Shown: one piece after another, positions 38,077 through 49,109 of the stretch
How positions within the stretch are numbered: position 1 is the stretch's first letter
How the letters are laid out: each line of letters opens with the position of its first letter
DNA from: an uncultured Rhodoferax sp.
GTDB lineage: Bacteria > Pseudomonadota > Gammaproteobacteria > Burkholderiales > Burkholderiaceae_C
Direction: 5' to 3'
DNA length: 64,000 bases
Assembly (NCBI GenBank): GCA_963508575.1
Contig: CAUOXL010000015.1
Coordinates: forward strand, 18,445-82,444
Program-made: the position numbers and the translations under genes
The notes under the pieces: model-generated
The model's database searches: none
What the model was told of the DNA's origin: nothing
The model's input: only the letters and a program-made list of their open reading frames with translations

Positions 38077-38343
38077 TCAGACAGGTTTCAGCAGCGCGTC
38101 AATCCCGTACAAGGCGGCCAGATCACGCAGACGGGCCGGGAGCTTTTGTACTGCAAAGACCTTGCCGGCCTTGGCGCACTCACGTCGCAGCTCCAATAGC
38201 ACCGCCAGGGCGGAGGAGTCAAAACGCTGCAAACGCTCACCGTCCACCACCACGGTCGCAGCCTCGCGCTGCAGGCCATCTCGCAGCTCAGACAGGCAGG
38301 CCGGGGCAACTTCATGCGTCATGGTGGCGGGCAGGTTCAGCAT
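38077..38343 (-). CDS. mlaB: STAS-domain protein (MlaB-like)
   Basis: 88 aa; ...RFDSSALAVLLELRREC...; immediately downstream of mlaC. Confidence 0.55.
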   Translation of the reverse strand: MLNLPATMTHEVAPACLSELRDGLQREAATVVVDGERLQRFDSSALAVLLELRRECAKAGKVFAVQKLPARLRDLAALYGIDALLKPV

Positions 38344-38344
38344 A

Positions 38345-38986
38345 TCAACCTTTCTTGGCGTTGGCCTTGTTTTGCTCTGTCAATGCGTCGATCAAACCAT
38401 CAACACCCTTGGCATTAATCTGCTGGGCGAACTGACTCCGGTATGTTTCCACCAACCAGACACCGAGGACATTCAGGTTGTAAATCTTCCATCCGGCACC
38501 CACACCGGGGGTTTTCTCCAAACGGTAGTCCAGTTGGATTGGATCACCTTTGCCTCTGATTTCGGTACGAACGATGACTTCTTTATCTTCGGGCGCCATG
38601 CGCAAGGGCCTCATCGCAATGGTTTGGTCACTCACTTGCGCCAAAGCACCAGCATACGTGCGCACAAGTAAAATTTTGAACTCCTCTTGCAAACGTTTTT
38701 GCTGTTCAGGAGTGGCTTGACGCCAGCCCGGGCCAACCGCAGAAGCCGTCATGCGTTGGAAATTTACGTTAGGCATGATGCGCGTATCCACCAGCGCGAC
38801 CACTTTGCTGGAGTCACCAGTGCGGATGGATCTATCCGCCTTGATGGTGTCCAGTACATCCACCGACAAGCGCTTGATCAGCACATCAGGTGCTTCATCT
38901 TCGGCGTAAGCCAAAGGCGCGCTGAAAGTGCCCATAAATAGCACCATTGAACCCACCCAACCCAGAATTCCACGTTTCGTCAGCAT
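38345..38986 (-). CDS. mlaC: phospholipid-binding periplasmic protein MlaC (Ttg2D)
   Basis: 213 aa with signal peptide; mla operon context. Confidence 0.85.
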   Translation of the reverse strand: MLTKRGILGWVGSMVLFMGTFSAPLAYAEDEAPDVLIKRLSVDVLDTIKADRSIRTGDSSKVVALVDTRIMPNVNFQRMTASAVGPGWRQATPEQQKRLQEEFKILLVRTYAGALAQVSDQTIAMRPLRMAPEDKEVIVRTEIRGKGDPIQLDYRLEKTPGVGAGWKIYNLNVLGVWLVETYRSQFAQQINAKGVDGLIDALTEQNKANAKKG

Positions 38987-39055
38987 TGTTTAGTCCCATT
39001 CAATGAGCGCAAATTATGCACTTCATCACTCCCATGTGCACCGGCGAGCCCCAGC

Positions 39056-39769
39056 TCAGGGTTCTGCGCCCTCGTCGTCCGGTGGATTTCCGTCATACAC
39101 CAAGTACCGTTGACGCTGCAAATAGCTGTCACGAATAAATGAATAGCGATCCAACGCGGCCCCGTTCACGACTCCCTCAGAATCGAGGAATGTCGCCCGT
39201 TTGTCCACCAGATCGACTACCGTAAGCCCGGTACGCGTCGCATCATCCGCCACCTGGTTGACCAATTTTCCTTGCTGATCTACGGGGAGTGCCACCACCT
39301 CTCTCAAGGTATAGGGCCCTAGAAATGGCACCACCACATAGGGCCCCGGCCCGACGCCCCAGCGTCCTAAAGTGATATTGAAAGTTGCAGGGCTTTTCTC
39401 AATATTCAAATCACTGGCAACGTCAATCAACCCGCCCAAGCCAATGGTGCTATTCACCATGACTCGGCCCACACTATTGCCGAACGCCTGCCCTCGCAAT
39501 GTGAGCGCATTGTTGACTGCGGACCATGCGTCCTCCAGATTCCCAAAGAAATTTTTAATGCCGGTGCGGGTCCACGACGGCAAAGTCATTTTGTAGGCTT
39601 TTGCGACAGGCTTGATCACTGCACCATCAATCGCATTATTAAAGGCAAAAACCGAGCGGTTCATAGACTCCAACGGGTCCCGCGGATCGGGCTGGGCCAC
39701 CGTCGCACAACCTTGAAGCACAAGGGCGAGGCCCAGCAAAGCCAAGCAACGCATGGCTATACGCATCAT
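39056..39769 (-). CDS. mlaA: outer-membrane lipoprotein MlaA/VacJ
   Basis: Lipobox LVLQGC; VacJ-like ...DPLESMNRSVFAFN... Confidence 0.85.
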   Translation of the reverse strand: MMRIAMRCLALLGLALVLQGCATVAQPDPRDPLESMNRSVFAFNNAIDGAVIKPVAKAYKMTLPSWTRTGIKNFFGNLEDAWSAVNNALTLRGQAFGNSVGRVMVNSTIGLGGLIDVASDLNIEKSPATFNITLGRWGVGPGPYVVVPFLGPYTLREVVALPVDQQGKLVNQVADDATRTGLTVVDLVDKRATFLDSEGVVNGAALDRYSFIRDSYLQRQRYLVYDGNPPDDEGAEP

Positions 39770-40245
39770 GGTGCTTGCTTATCCGTAGGACCGTCTGCCG
39801 CTTTGCTGTACAAAAACTGGCTGATCAGACTCTCTAGAACCACAGCACTCTGGGTGGTGCCTATCGTATCGCCTGTGACCAGGTTGGCAGCATCCGCTCC
39901 GGCTTCGATACCGATGTACTGCTCACCCAACAAGCCACTGGTCAAAATTTTGAGCGAGCTGTCCTTGGGAAAGGCAAAACGCTTGTCCATGGACAATTGC
40001 ACCTTGGCCTGAAAGGTTTTGTCATCAAATCCGATAGATTCGACTCGCCCCACCACCACACCGGCACTTTTCACTGCCGCCTTGGGCTTGAGCCCTCCGA
40101 TATTGTCGAACCGTGCACTGACCGTATAGCCCTTGTCAAAGCTGAAAGACAAGAGATTGGCGGCCTGCATAGCAAGAAACACCAAGGCAATAGCCCCCAG
40201 CAACACAAACAAACCTACCCATACATCATTTTTGGAGCGCTGCAT
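39766..40245 (-). CDS. mlaD: MCE-domain protein MlaD
   Basis: N-terminal TM plus MCE domain; 159 aa. Confidence 0.87.
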   Translation of the reverse strand: MQRSKNDVWVGLFVLLGAIALVFLAMQAANLLSFSFDKGYTVSARFDNIGGLKPKAAVKSAGVVVGRVESIGFDDKTFQAKVQLSMDKRFAFPKDSSLKILTSGLLGEQYIGIEAGADAANLVTGDTIGTTQSAVVLESLISQFLYSKAADGPTDKQAP

Positions 40246-40254
40246 CTTCTTCCC

Positions 40255-41037
40255 CTAAATACTGAACATCATGGCGGTAAGGACAAAGTCCAACGCCAGC
40301 ACGGTGAGCGAAGCCACCACCACGGTACGGGTGGTGGCACGCGCCACCCCTTCCGGCGTGGGCTGCGCCTCAAAACCCTGAAGCAACGCAATAAAGCTCA
40401 CCGCAAAACCGAAAACCACACTCTTGATCACCCCGTTGCCCACATCCACCCAGACATTGACACCACTCTGCATCTGGCTCCAGAAAGCCCCCGAATCGAT
40501 GCCTATCATGGGCACACTGACAACCCACCCCCCCAAGACACCGACGGCGCTGAACACCGCAGCCAGAAGGGGCATGGCGATAACAGCGCCCCAGAAACGC
40601 GGCGCCAGAATGCGGGACACCGGATCCACCGCCATCATCTCCATGGCGCTGAGTTGCTCGCCCGCCTTCATGAGGCCGATTTCCGCCGTCAAGGAAGTGC
40701 CTGCCCGACCTGCAAACAGCAGCGCCGTCAGCACCGGTCCGAACTCCCGCACCAGACTGAGGCTGATCAGCATACCTACGGAGTCTGCGGCCCCGAAGCG
40801 CTGCAAACCATAGTAGTACTGCAAGCCCATCACAAAACCGACAAACACACCCGACACCGCGATGATGGCGAGCGAGTAGTTCCCCATGAAATGAATCTGA
40901 TCACGAAGCAGCGCAGGCCGGCGAAGGACAGCCCCCAGCGAGGCCACGAGACGGCCCAGCAAGCGGGCCCCCATCCCCCAATCCGCCAGCTTGTTCCGAA
41001 CGGCAAAGCCCAGTTCGGCCGGATGCAGAAACTTCAT
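40255..41037 (-). CDS. mlaE: ABC permease MlaE
   Basis: 260 aa; ...REFGPVLTALLFAGRAGTSLTAEIG... Confidence 0.9.
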   Translation of the reverse strand: MKFLHPAELGFAVRNKLADWGMGARLLGRLVASLGAVLRRPALLRDQIHFMGNYSLAIIAVSGVFVGFVMGLQYYYGLQRFGAADSVGMLISLSLVREFGPVLTALLFAGRAGTSLTAEIGLMKAGEQLSAMEMMAVDPVSRILAPRFWGAVIAMPLLAAVFSAVGVLGGWVVSVPMIGIDSGAFWSQMQSGVNVWVDVGNGVIKSVVFGFAVSFIALLQGFEAQPTPEGVARATTRTVVVASLTVLALDFVLTAMMFSI

Positions 41038-41870
41038 CGTGCGACCTCGACAGAAAAATCGGCATCCACCGGCGCAGCCGGGTAATGGAAGCGTACAGGC
41101 CCTTCCGGCAAGGCATTCACGAATTGGTGGACCAGGGGGTCTGCACTGTCGCGTACCTCTTGCGGGGTGCCTTGTGCAGCAATTTTGCCGTTGGCCAACA
41201 CAATAACTTGGTCCGCAATATGGAACGTCTCTTCCAGGTCGTGCGACACGATGATGCTAGTCAATCCCATGGCGTCATTGAGCTGGCGGATCAGCCGCGC
41301 CGCTGTACCCAAGGAAATCGGGTCCAAACCGGCGAAGGGTTCGTCGTACATCACCAACTCGGGGTCCAGGGCAATCGCGCGTGCCAGTGCCACGCGACGC
41401 GCCATACCACCGGAGACTTCCGAGGGCATCAAGTCCCGGGCGCCCCGCAAGCCCACGGCATTCAACTTCATCAAAACGATGTCGCGGATCAGCGCTTCCG
41501 GCAGGCTGGTGTGCTCGCGCAGAGGAAAGGCCACATTGTCAAACACACTCAAATCCGTGAACAAGGCGCCGAACTGAAACAGCATGCCCATGCGACGACG
41601 GGCGGCATACAAATTGGAAGCCCCCAGCTGGGTCATATCCTGGGCCGCTTCACCTTGGTTGCGTCCATGCAAAAGGACCTGACCGCCTTGAGCCCGGCAC
41701 TGACCGCCTATCAAGCGAAGTACGGTAGTTTTCCCCCCTCCGGAAGCGCCCATCAGGGCCGTCACCTTGCCGCGTGGCACGGTCAGCGACACGCCATCCA
41801 GAATACGCCGCTCTCCGTAACCGAAGGAAACGTTTTTCAACTCAACAAGAACAGAAGGTGTGGGCGCCAT
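41034..41870 (-). CDS. mlaF: ABC ATPase MlaF
   Basis: Walker A GASGGGKTT, signature VSGGMARRVALARA. Confidence 0.9.
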   Translation of the reverse strand: MAPTPSVLVELKNVSFGYGERRILDGVSLTVPRGKVTALMGASGGGKTTVLRLIGGQCRAQGGQVLLHGRNQGEAAQDMTQLGASNLYAARRRMGMLFQFGALFTDLSVFDNVAFPLREHTSLPEALIRDIVLMKLNAVGLRGARDLMPSEVSGGMARRVALARAIALDPELVMYDEPFAGLDPISLGTAARLIRQLNDAMGLTSIIVSHDLEETFHIADQVIVLANGKIAAQGTPQEVRDSADPLVHQFVNALPEGPVRFHYPAAPVDADFSVEVAR

Positions 41871-41902
41871 AAAACAAGAAGGCCGGTAACTGCCCGGCCT
41901 TC
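41871..41902 (-). terminator. rho-independent terminator after gltD, abutting the mlaF start
   Basis: Minus strand GAAGGCCGG-N7-CCGGCCTTC followed by TTGTTTT, then immediately the mlaF ATG. Confidence 0.65.
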
Positions 41903-41926
41903 GAATGATAAGCGGGAAAACCCTTG

Positions 41927-43393
41927 TTAGCGTGGCAGCTCGGTAAAGCCCATCAAGAACTCATCTATTGCACGCGCCGCTTGACGTCCTTCGCGAATCG
42001 CCCACACCACCAAAGATTGGCCGCGGCGGATGTCGCCTGCTGCAAACACCTTGGACACATTGGTGGCATAGCCGCCCGCGAAATCGGTCGTTGCCTTGGC
42101 GTTACCACGGGCGTCCTTGTCAATGCCAAAGGACTCCAGCACTGTCGCGACCGGATTCACGAAACCCATGGCCAGCAACACCAGGTCGGCTTTCAGCACC
42201 TTTTCAGTGCCGGGCACATCCACCAGCTTGCCGTCCTTGAACTCGACCTGCACAGTCTTGAGACCCGTGACCTTGCCTTTTTCACCAATGAATTCTTTGG
42301 TGGAGATGGAGAACACGCGCTCGCAACCTTCTTCATGGCTAGAGCTGGTACGCAGCTTCAGTGGCCAGTAGGGCCAGGTAAGCGGGCGGTTTTCTTCCGC
42401 CGGAGGCTGGGGCATCACTTCAAATTGGGTGACGCTTACCGCGCCATGGCGGTTGGAGGTGCCCACGCAGTCAGAGCCAGTGTCACCACCACCGATGACG
42501 ATCACATGCTTGCCATCCGCGCGCAGCTGGTTCTTGAGCTTATCGCCGGCATTGACCTTGTTCTGCTGGGGCAGGAACTCCATGGCGAAATGGATACCGT
42601 CCAGATCGCGGCCGGGTACCGGCAGGTCGCGAGACTGCTCGGAGCCGCCGGTCAGTAACACGGCGTCGAAGTCCTTTTTGAGTTGCTCGGGGGAAATGGA
42701 TTCCTTGGCCCAGTTGGTGACCTTGGAACCTTTGGGCATTTCACCCACCAACACGCCGGTGCGGATGGTGACGCCTTCAGCAACCAGCTGTTCAGCACGG
42801 CGGTCAATATGAGACTTTTCCATCTTGAAGTCAGGAATGCCATAGCGCAGCAAGCCGCCGATGCGGTCGTTCTTCTCGAACAATGTCACATCGTGACCGG
42901 CGCGGGCCAGCTGCTGGGCAGCGGCCATGCCGGCTGGGCCGGAACCGACCACGGCCACTTTTTTGCCGGTCTTGGCGGTGGCAGGCTGGGGCTTGACCCA
43001 GCCTTCATGCCAGGCGCGGTCAATGATGGCGTGCTCAATCGACTTGATGCCCACCGCTTCCTCATTGACGTTCAAGGTGCAGGCGGCCTCGCACGGTGCG
43101 GGGCAGATGCGACCCGTGAACTCGGGGAAGTTGTTGGTGCTGTGCAGTGTGTCGATGGCGGTCTTCCAGTCTTTGCGATAGACCAGATCATTGAAGTCCG
43201 GAATGATGTTGTTGACCGGGCAACCGTTGTTGCAGAACGGTGTGCCGCAGTCCATGCAGCGCGCAGCCTGCTTGTTGGCCTGTGCATCGTCCAGACCGAT
43301 AACGAACTCTTTGTAGTTCTTCAGGCGCTCGGCAACAGGCTTGTAGCCCTCTTCGATGCGCTCAAACTCCATGAAGCCAGTGACTTTTCCCAT
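41927..43393 (-). CDS. gltD: glutamate synthase small subunit
   Basis: 488 aa; Cys clusters CMDCGTPFC...CPV and CPAPCEAAC; [10 protein letters not shown] dinucleotide fold. Confidence 0.95.
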   Translation of the reverse strand: MGKVTGFMEFERIEEGYKPVAERLKNYKEFVIGLDDAQANKQAARCMDCGTPFCNNGCPVNNIIPDFNDLVYRKDWKTAIDTLHSTNNFPEFTGRICPAPCEAACTLNVNEEAVGIKSIEHAIIDRAWHEGWVKPQPATAKTGKKVAVVGSGPAGMAAAQQLARAGHDVTLFEKNDRIGGLLRYGIPDFKMEKSHIDRRAEQLVAEGVTIRTGVLVGEMPKGSKVTNWAKESISPEQLKKDFDAVLLTGGSEQSRDLPVPGRDLDGIHFAMEFLPQQNKVNAGDKLKNQLRADGKHVIVIGGGDTGSDCVGTSNRHGAVSVTQFEVMPQPPAEENRPLTWPYWPLKLRTSSSHEEGCERVFSISTKEFIGEKGKVTGLKTVQVEFKDGKLVDVPGTEKVLKADLVLLAMGFVNPVATVLESFGIDKDARGNAKATTDFAGGYATNVSKVFAAGDIRRGQSLVVWAIREGRQAARAIDEFLMGFTELPR

Positions 43394-43427
43394 GATGTAC
43401 GTCCTTGTGCGTTAGATCAGGCTCGCC

Positions 43428-46400
43428 TTACTTGGCAGCCGCTGCTTCTTTTTTTGTAGCTGCAGGCTCAGATTTGACGGGCGCTACAGTCGATTTACGG
43501 GCATGAATCTCACCCAGAGCACGCTTGTACTCGTTGGGAAACACCTTCACGAACTTGGCGCGGGAGGCTTCCCAGTTATCCAGCAGTTCACGTGCACGCT
43601 TACTACCGGTCCAGCGGTTGTGGTCTTCCAGCAGCTTCTTAAGCTGGGCTTCATCGGCTTCACCGCGGTGCCAGATGCCCTTGTCGAGGGTGGCTTCCTG
43701 CTCGGCGGCAGTCAACACCTTCTCCAGGCTCACCATGGCGGTGTTGCAACGCTTGGCGAACTGGCCGTCTTCGTCATAGACGTAGGCGATACCGCCGCTC
43801 ATGCCCGCTGCAAAGTTGCGGCCGGTCTTACCCAGCACCGCCACCGTACCGCCGGTCATGTACTCGCAACCGTGGTCGCCGGTACCCTCTACCACGGCTG
43901 TCGCGCCGGACAAACGTACCGCAAAACGTTCGCCCGCCACGCCGCTCAGGAAGGCTTCACCGGTAGTCGCGCCGTACATCACCGTATTGCCCACGATGGT
44001 GTTGCGGATGGCATCACCACGGAAGTCGATACTCGGACGCACCACCACACGGCCGCCGGAGAGGCCCTTGCCGGTGTAGTCGTTGGCGTCGCCTATCAGG
44101 TAGAGGGTGATGCCCTTGGTCAGGAAAGCGCCGAAAGACTGGCCGCCTGTCCCTTCCAGTTGGATGCGGATGGTGTCATCCGGCAACCCTTCGGGGTGTA
44201 CCTTGGTCACCGCGCCGGAGAGCATGGCCCCCACGGAGCGGTTCACGTTGCGGGCACGCTCCATGAACTGGACTTTTTCACCCTTGTCGATAGCGGCGCG
44301 GCTCTTGGCGATGAGCACGTTGTCCAAGGCCTTTTCCAGACCATGGTCCTGGGTGAGCGTTTGGAAGCGTGGCACGTCGGCAGGCACTTGCGGCTGGGCA
44401 AACAAGCGGGCGAAGTCCAGGCCTTGTGCTTTCCAGTGCTCAATGCTCTTGCGGGTGTCGAGCAGGTCGGAACGGCCAATCATGTCGTCGAACTTGCGGA
44501 TACCCAGCTGAGCCATGATTTGGCGCACTTCTTCAGCGATGAAGAAGAAGTAGTTCACCACATGCTCTGGCTTGCCGGAGAACTTGGCGCGCAGCACGGG
44601 GTCTTGGGTGGCCACGCCCACAGGGCAGGTGTTCAGGTGGCACTTGCGCATCATGATGCAGCCTTCCACCACCAGCGGAGCGGTGGCGAAGCCGAATTCA
44701 TCCGCACCCAAGAGGGCACCGATGGCAACGTCGCGGCCTGTCTTCATCTGGCCGTCCGCCTGCACGCGGATACGGCTGCGCAAGCGGTTCAGCACCAGGG
44801 TCTGCTGGGTTTCAGCCAGACCGATTTCCCATGGGGAACCTGCGTGCTTGATGGACGACCAGGGAGATGCACCGGTACCACCATCGTGACCTGCGATCAC
44901 CACGTGGTCCGCCTTGCATTTGGCAACGCCGGCAGCAATGGTGCCCACACCGATTTCAGACACCAACTTGACGCTGATGCCGGAATGCGGAGCCACGTTC
45001 TTCAGGTCGTGGATCAACTGGGCCAAGTCCTCGATGGAGTAGATGTCGTGGTGCGGAGGGGGCGAAATCAGGCCCACTCCGGGCACAGAGTGACGCAGCT
45101 TGCCGATGTAGTCAGACACCTTGCCGCCTGGCAACTGGCCGCCCTCACCGGGTTTGGCGCCCTGAGCCATCTTGATCTGGATCTGGTCGGCGCTGGACAG
45201 GTACTCGGCGGTCACGCCAAAGCGACCTGAAGCCACTTGCTTGATGCGGCTGCGCAAGGAGTCGCCGGCCAACAAAGGCAAGTCCACTTCCACGTTCTCG
45301 GCACCGATCACGCTCTTGAGGCTGTCGCCCTGCTTGATCGGGATACCCTTGAGTTCGTTGCGGTAACGCGCGGCATCTTCACCACCTTCACCGGTGTTGC
45401 TCTTGCCGCCGATGCGGTTCATGGCCACAGCCAGTGTCGCATGGGCTTCGGTGGAGATAGAGCCCAAAGACATAGCACCGGTTGCAAAGCGCTTGACGAT
45501 TTCCTTGGCGGGCTCGACTTCTTCCAGCGGAATCGCCTTGGCAGGATCCACCTTGAACTCGAACAGGCCGCGCAGCGTCAGGTGGCGCTTGGACTGGTCG
45601 TTGATGATCTGGGCGTACTCTTTGTACGTGTTCCAGTTGTTGGCGCGGGTGGAGTGCTGCAGCTTGGCAATCGCATCCGGTGTCCACATGTGCTCTTCAC
45701 CCCGGGTACGCCAGGCGTACTCACCACCGGCATCCAGTGCATTGGCCAACACGGGGCTGTCACCAAACGCCAGCTTGTGCATGCGGATGGCTTCTTCCGC
45801 GATCTCGAACACGCCAATACCTTCCACCTTGCTGGGGGTGCGGGTGAAATACTTGTCGATGGTTTCGGTGTTCAGGCCAATAGCTTCAAACAACTGGGCA
45901 CCGCAGTACGACATGTAAGTCGACACGCCCATTTTGGACATGATCTTGGACAGGCCCTTGCCGATGGCCTTGATGTAGTTGTAGATGGCCTTTTCCGCAC
46001 TCAGGTCGCCTGGCAAATCCTTATGGATGCTCTGCAAGGTTTCCATCGCGAGGTAGGGGTGAACCGCCTCGGCGCCATAACCTGCCAACACCGCGAAATG
46101 GTGCACTTCACGCGCGGTACCGGTTTCCACCACCAGACCGGCCGTGGTGCGCAGACCTTCGCGCACCAAATGCTGGTGAATGGCGGAGAGCGCCAACAGC
46201 GCCGGAATTGCGACTTGGGTAGAGCTGATGCCACGGTCGCTGATAACCAGAATGTTCTTGCCACTCTTGATGGCATCCACCGATTCCGCGCACAAGGACG
46301 CGAGTTTGGCTTCCACACCTTCATGGCCCCACGCCAAGGGATAGGTAATGTCCAGCGTGTAGCTACGGAACTTGCCCTGGGTGTGGTGCTCGATATTGCG

Positions 46401-48200
46401 CACTTTGGCCATATCCGCGAAGTCCAGGATGGGCTGGCTCACTTCCAGACGCATGGGCGGATTGACCTGGTTGATGTCCAACAGGTTGGGCTTGGGGCCC
46501 ACGAAGGACACCAGAGACATCACAATCGCCTCCCGGATGGGGTCGATCGGCGGGTTGGTCACCTGCGCGAACAACTGCTTGAAGTAGCTGTAGAGCGGCT
46601 TGTTTTTGTCGGACAAGACGGCCAAGGGGCTGTCATTACCCATGGAGCCGATAGCCTCTTCACCAGCGCTAGCCATAGGCGCAATCAGGAACTTCAGGTC
46701 TTCCTGGGTGAAGCCGAAGGCCTGCTGCCTATCCAGCAAGCTGACCTTGTCAGTGGCCCGCTTGGGTTCCACGCCTTCCACGACAGCAGCAAAAGGCGCA
46801 TCTTTGCGGCGCTCAGAGAAAGACACGTCGTCGAGCTTGATTCGAAGGTTTTCAATCCACTGCTTGTACGGCTTGCTGTTCGCCAAGTTGGCCTTGAGCT
46901 CTTCATCGTCGATCATGCGCCCCTGCTCCAGGTCAATCAAGAACATCTTGCCGGGCTGCAGGCGCCATTTGCGGACAATTTTGTTCTCGGGCACAGGCAA
47001 CACACCGGACTCGGAGCCCATGATGACCAGGTCGTCATCGGTGATGCAGTAGCGGGAAGGACGCAGACCATTGCGGTCCAAGGTGGCGCCGATCTGGCGA
47101 CCGTCCGTGAACACGATGGAGGCGGGACCATCCCATGGTTCCATCATTGCAGCGTGGTATTCATAGAAAGCCTTGCGGCGCTCGTCCATGGTGGTGTGCT
47201 GCTCCCAAGGCTCAGGGATCATCATCATGACGGCTTGGCTGATGGGGTAGCCCGCCATGGTCAACAGCTCAAGACAGTTGTCGAAGGTCGCGGTGTCGGA
47301 CTGGTCTGCAAAGCTGATGGGATACAGCTTTTGCAGGTCGGCCGCCAGCACCGGAGAAGACATCACGCCTTCGCGGGCCTTCATCCAGTTGTAGTTGCCT
47401 TTGACGGTGTTGATTTCTCCGTTGTGAGCCACATAGCGGTAAGGGTGAGCCAGCGGCCACTCGGGGAAGGTATTGGTGGAGAAACGCTGGTGCACCAAGC
47501 CGAGGGCGGATACACAACGGGCATCTTCCAAGTCCTTGAAATACACGCCGACCTGGTCCGCCAACAGCAATCCTTTGTAGACCACCGTGCGACTGGACAT
47601 GCTGGGCACGTAATATTCTTTTGAGTGCTTCAGACCCAATGCCTGGATGTTGGCACTGGCGGTCTTGCGGATCACATAGAGCTTGCGCTCCAGGGCATCT
47701 TGCACGATCACATCGTTGCCACGTCCGATGAAGACTTGGCGCAAGATAGGCTCTTTTTCGCGCACGGTGGGCGACATGGGCATGTCACGGTTGACCGGCA
47801 CATCACGCCAGCCCAACAGTACTTGGCCTTCGGCCTTGATGGCGCGCTCCATCTCCTGCTCACAGGCCAAACGGGAAGCGTGCTCTTTAGGCAGGAAGAT
47901 CATGCCTACACCGTATTCACCTTGTGGCGGCAAGGTCACGCCTTGCGCCGCCATTTCTTCACGATATAGCGCGTCGGGCAATTGGATCAGAATACCGGCA
48001 CCGTCCCCCATTAATGGGTCGGCCCCTACCGCGCCGCGGTGATCGAGGTTTTCCAGGATCTTGAGTGCGTTCTTAACAATGTCGTGGCTCTTTTCGCCGC
48101 GAATGTGCGCTACAAAGCCGACGCCGCAGGCATCGTGCTCGTTGGCGTTGGAATACAAACCGTGGTCTTTGAGGTGTTGGATTTCGGCTGCCGTAGTCAT
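43428..48200 (-). CDS. gltB: glutamate synthase large subunit
   Basis: about 1590 aa; Ntn-amidotransferase Cys in HDACGVGF; FMN and C-terminal GXGXG domains; ATG at 48200. Confidence 0.97.
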   Translation of the reverse strand: MTTAAEIQHLKDHGLYSNANEHDACGVGFVAHIRGEKSHDIVKNALKILENLDHRGAVGADPLMGDGAGILIQLPDALYREEMAAQGVTLPPQGEYGVGMIFLPKEHASRLACEQEMERAIKAEGQVLLGWRDVPVNRDMPMSPTVREKEPILRQVFIGRGNDVIVQDALERKLYVIRKTASANIQALGLKHSKEYYVPSMSSRTVVYKGLLLADQVGVYFKDLEDARCVSALGLVHQRFSTNTFPEWPLAHPYRYVAHNGEINTVKGNYNWMKAREGVMSSPVLAADLQKLYPISFADQSDTATFDNCLELLTMAGYPISQAVMMMIPEPWEQHTTMDERRKAFYEYHAAMMEPWDGPASIVFTDGRQIGATLDRNGLRPSRYCITDDDLVIMGSESGVLPVPENKIVRKWRLQPGKMFLIDLEQGRMIDDEELKANLANSKPYKQWIENLRIKLDDVSFSERRKDAPFAAVVEGVEPKRATDKVSLLDRQQAFGFTQEDLKFLIAPMASAGEEAIGSMGNDSPLAVLSDKNKPLYSYFKQLFAQVTNPPIDPIREAIVMSLVSFVGPKPNLLDINQVNPPMRLEVSQPILDFADMAKVRNIEHHTQGKFRSYTLDITYPLAWGHEGVEAKLASLCAESVDAIKSGKNILVISDRGISSTQVAIPALLALSAIHQHLVREGLRTTAGLVVETGTAREVHHFAVLAGYGAEAVHPYLAMETLQSIHKDLPGDLSAEKAIYNYIKAIGKGLSKIMSKMGVSTYMSYCGAQLFEAIGLNTETIDKYFTRTPSKVEGIGVFEIAEEAIRMHKLAFGDSPVLANALDAGGEYAWRTRGEEHMWTPDAIAKLQHSTRANNWNTYKEYAQIINDQSKRHLTLRGLFEFKVDPAKAIPLEEVEPAKEIVKRFATGAMSLGSISTEAHATLAVAMNRIGGKSNTGEGGEDAARYRNELKGIPIKQGDSLKSVIGAENVEVDLPLLAGDSLRSRIKQVASGRFGVTAEYLSSADQIQIKMAQGAKPGEGGQLPGGKVSDYIGKLRHSVPGVGLISPPPHHDIYSIEDLAQLIHDLKNVAPHSGISVKLVSEIGVGTIAAGVAKCKADHVVIAGHDGGTGASPWSSIKHAGSPWEIGLAETQQTLVLNRLRSRIRVQADGQMKTGRDVAIGALLGADEFGFATAPLVVEGCIMMRKCHLNTCPVGVATQDPVLRAKFSGKPEHVVNYFFFIAEEVRQIMAQLGIRKFDDMIGRSDLLDTRKSIEHWKAQGLDFARLFAQPQVPADVPRFQTLTQDHGLEKALDNVLIAKSRAAIDKGEKVQFMERARNVNRSVGAMLSGAVTKVHPEGLPDDTIRIQLEGTGGQSFGAFLTKGITLYLIGDANDYTGKGLSGGRVVVRPSIDFRGDAIRNTIVGNTVMYGATTGEAFLSGVAGERFAVRLSGATAVVEGTGDHGCEYMTGGTVAVLGKTGRNFAAGMSGGIAYVYDEDGQFAKRCNTAMVSLEKVLTAAEQEATLDKGIWHRGEADEAQLKKLLEDHNRWTGSKRARELLDNWEASRAKFVKVFPNEYKRALGEIHARKSTVAPVKSEPAATKKEAAAAK

Positions 48201-48244
48201 GGCGCACTCCTGAAAATTACAGTGGACTTGGAGAATACTGCAAC

Positions 48245-48259
48245 GCAACAAAAGTGCCA
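48245..48259 (-). promoter_or_regulatory. sigma-54 (-24/-12) type promoter upstream of gltB
   Basis: Minus strand TGGCAC-TTTTG-TTGC, an exact match to the TGGCAC-N5-TTGC core; the -12 GC is 44 nt from the gltB ATG, with CAGGAG as the RBS. Confidence 0.5.
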
Positions 48260-48265
48260 AGATTT

Positions 48266-48334
48266 TTAATTAGGGTCAGATCAATTTTAAACACCACATA
48301 AACTCACCCATCATTAAATAGGGACATATCAATT
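48266..48334. repeat. 21-bp direct repeat pair in the AT-rich gltB upstream region
   Basis: TTAATTAGGGTCAGATCAATT (48266..48286) and TTAAATAGGGACATATCAATT (48314..48334); 18/21 identical, 48 bp apart. Confidence 0.6.
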
Positions 48335-48383
48335 CAATAGCAATAAAACTATGATTGGCAGGCACTACCCCAGGAATTTACGC

Positions 48384-49073
48384 TTAATCAGTCGTCTTGC
48401 GTGGGCGCCCAGGCGGAGTGCGCACCAAGCGTCGAGATGTACTTTTTTGCAACGCATTGACGAACTCATCATCTCCCAACGCCCAACCACGGGTCACGGC
48501 ATCAGTGATCTGATGAAGCTGCACTGAATTGAGGCCCTCTTGGGCTGCGGCCTGATAGGCCGCCTCACGTGCAAATGGGGTGTTCCCCAAAGCCCAATAG
48601 GCCGGATGGGTTGCAATGCGCTTGTCCATGAGCGCGCCGCTGTAGTGGGAATAGCTGGACCACGGATACATGAAGGACGACACACCGACTCCAGCGCGCT
48701 GGGGGTGTAAATCCAGATATGTGAGTGCTGCCAAGGCGTGGCGCTCTTGCAACACAGCCGACTTGAAACGCCCCTCCCACAACGTGCCCCTACGCCTGTG
48801 CTTGCGATTGAAGTAGCGGACGTAGGTACGGCCCAAGGCCTGCATCATGAGCGCCAAGCCCTGCGCACTTGCAGGCGTCAACAACAGGTGAAAGTGATCC
48901 GACAGCAGTACATAGCCATGTACGGCGACTTGGTGCTGGCGGGCAGCACAGTGCACGGCGATCAGCAGCTCTTCGTAATCTGCCGGGTCGGAGCAAATCG
49001 ATTGGCCATGCACTCCGCGCTGCAAAACGTGGTGCAAATGTCCGGCAATTGCCAATCGGGGAAGTCGAGCCAT
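48384..49073 (-). CDS. rayT: REP-associated tyrosine transposase (RAYT, IS200/IS605 Y1 family)
   Basis: HUH motif SDHFHLLL; tyrosine region YPWSSYSHY; 229 aa; single copy with no IS ends seen. Confidence 0.8.
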   Translation of the reverse strand: MARLPRLAIAGHLHHVLQRGVHGQSICSDPADYEELLIAVHCAARQHQVAVHGYVLLSDHFHLLLTPASAQGLALMMQALGRTYVRYFNRKHRRRGTLWEGRFKSAVLQERHALAALTYLDLHPQRAGVGVSSFMYPWSSYSHYSGALMDKRIATHPAYWALGNTPFAREAAYQAAAQEGLNSVQLHQITDAVTRGWALGDDEFVNALQKSTSRRLVRTPPGRPRKTTD

Positions 49074-49109
49074 GGCCCGCGATGGTAGCGGATCGCGAAC
49101 GCAATCCGG

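Noticed and set aside
27535-38671. Other long antisense ORFs: 27535..28692 (385 aa), 30317..31228 (303 aa), 34058..35392 (444 aa), 35127..36401 (424 aa) and 37136..38671 (511 aa)
   Set aside because: Each is opposite well-supported his, ABC or mla genes. They have no start context and no recognisable domains. Same high-GC artefact.
43503-47624. Very long plus-strand ORFs (575 aa and 795 aa) antisense to gltB
   Set aside because: They lie entirely opposite a gene with unmistakable GltB sequence. Their translations are low-complexity and rich in Gly, Ala, Arg and His, with no motifs. This is typical stop-codon-poor shadow framing in high-GC DNA.
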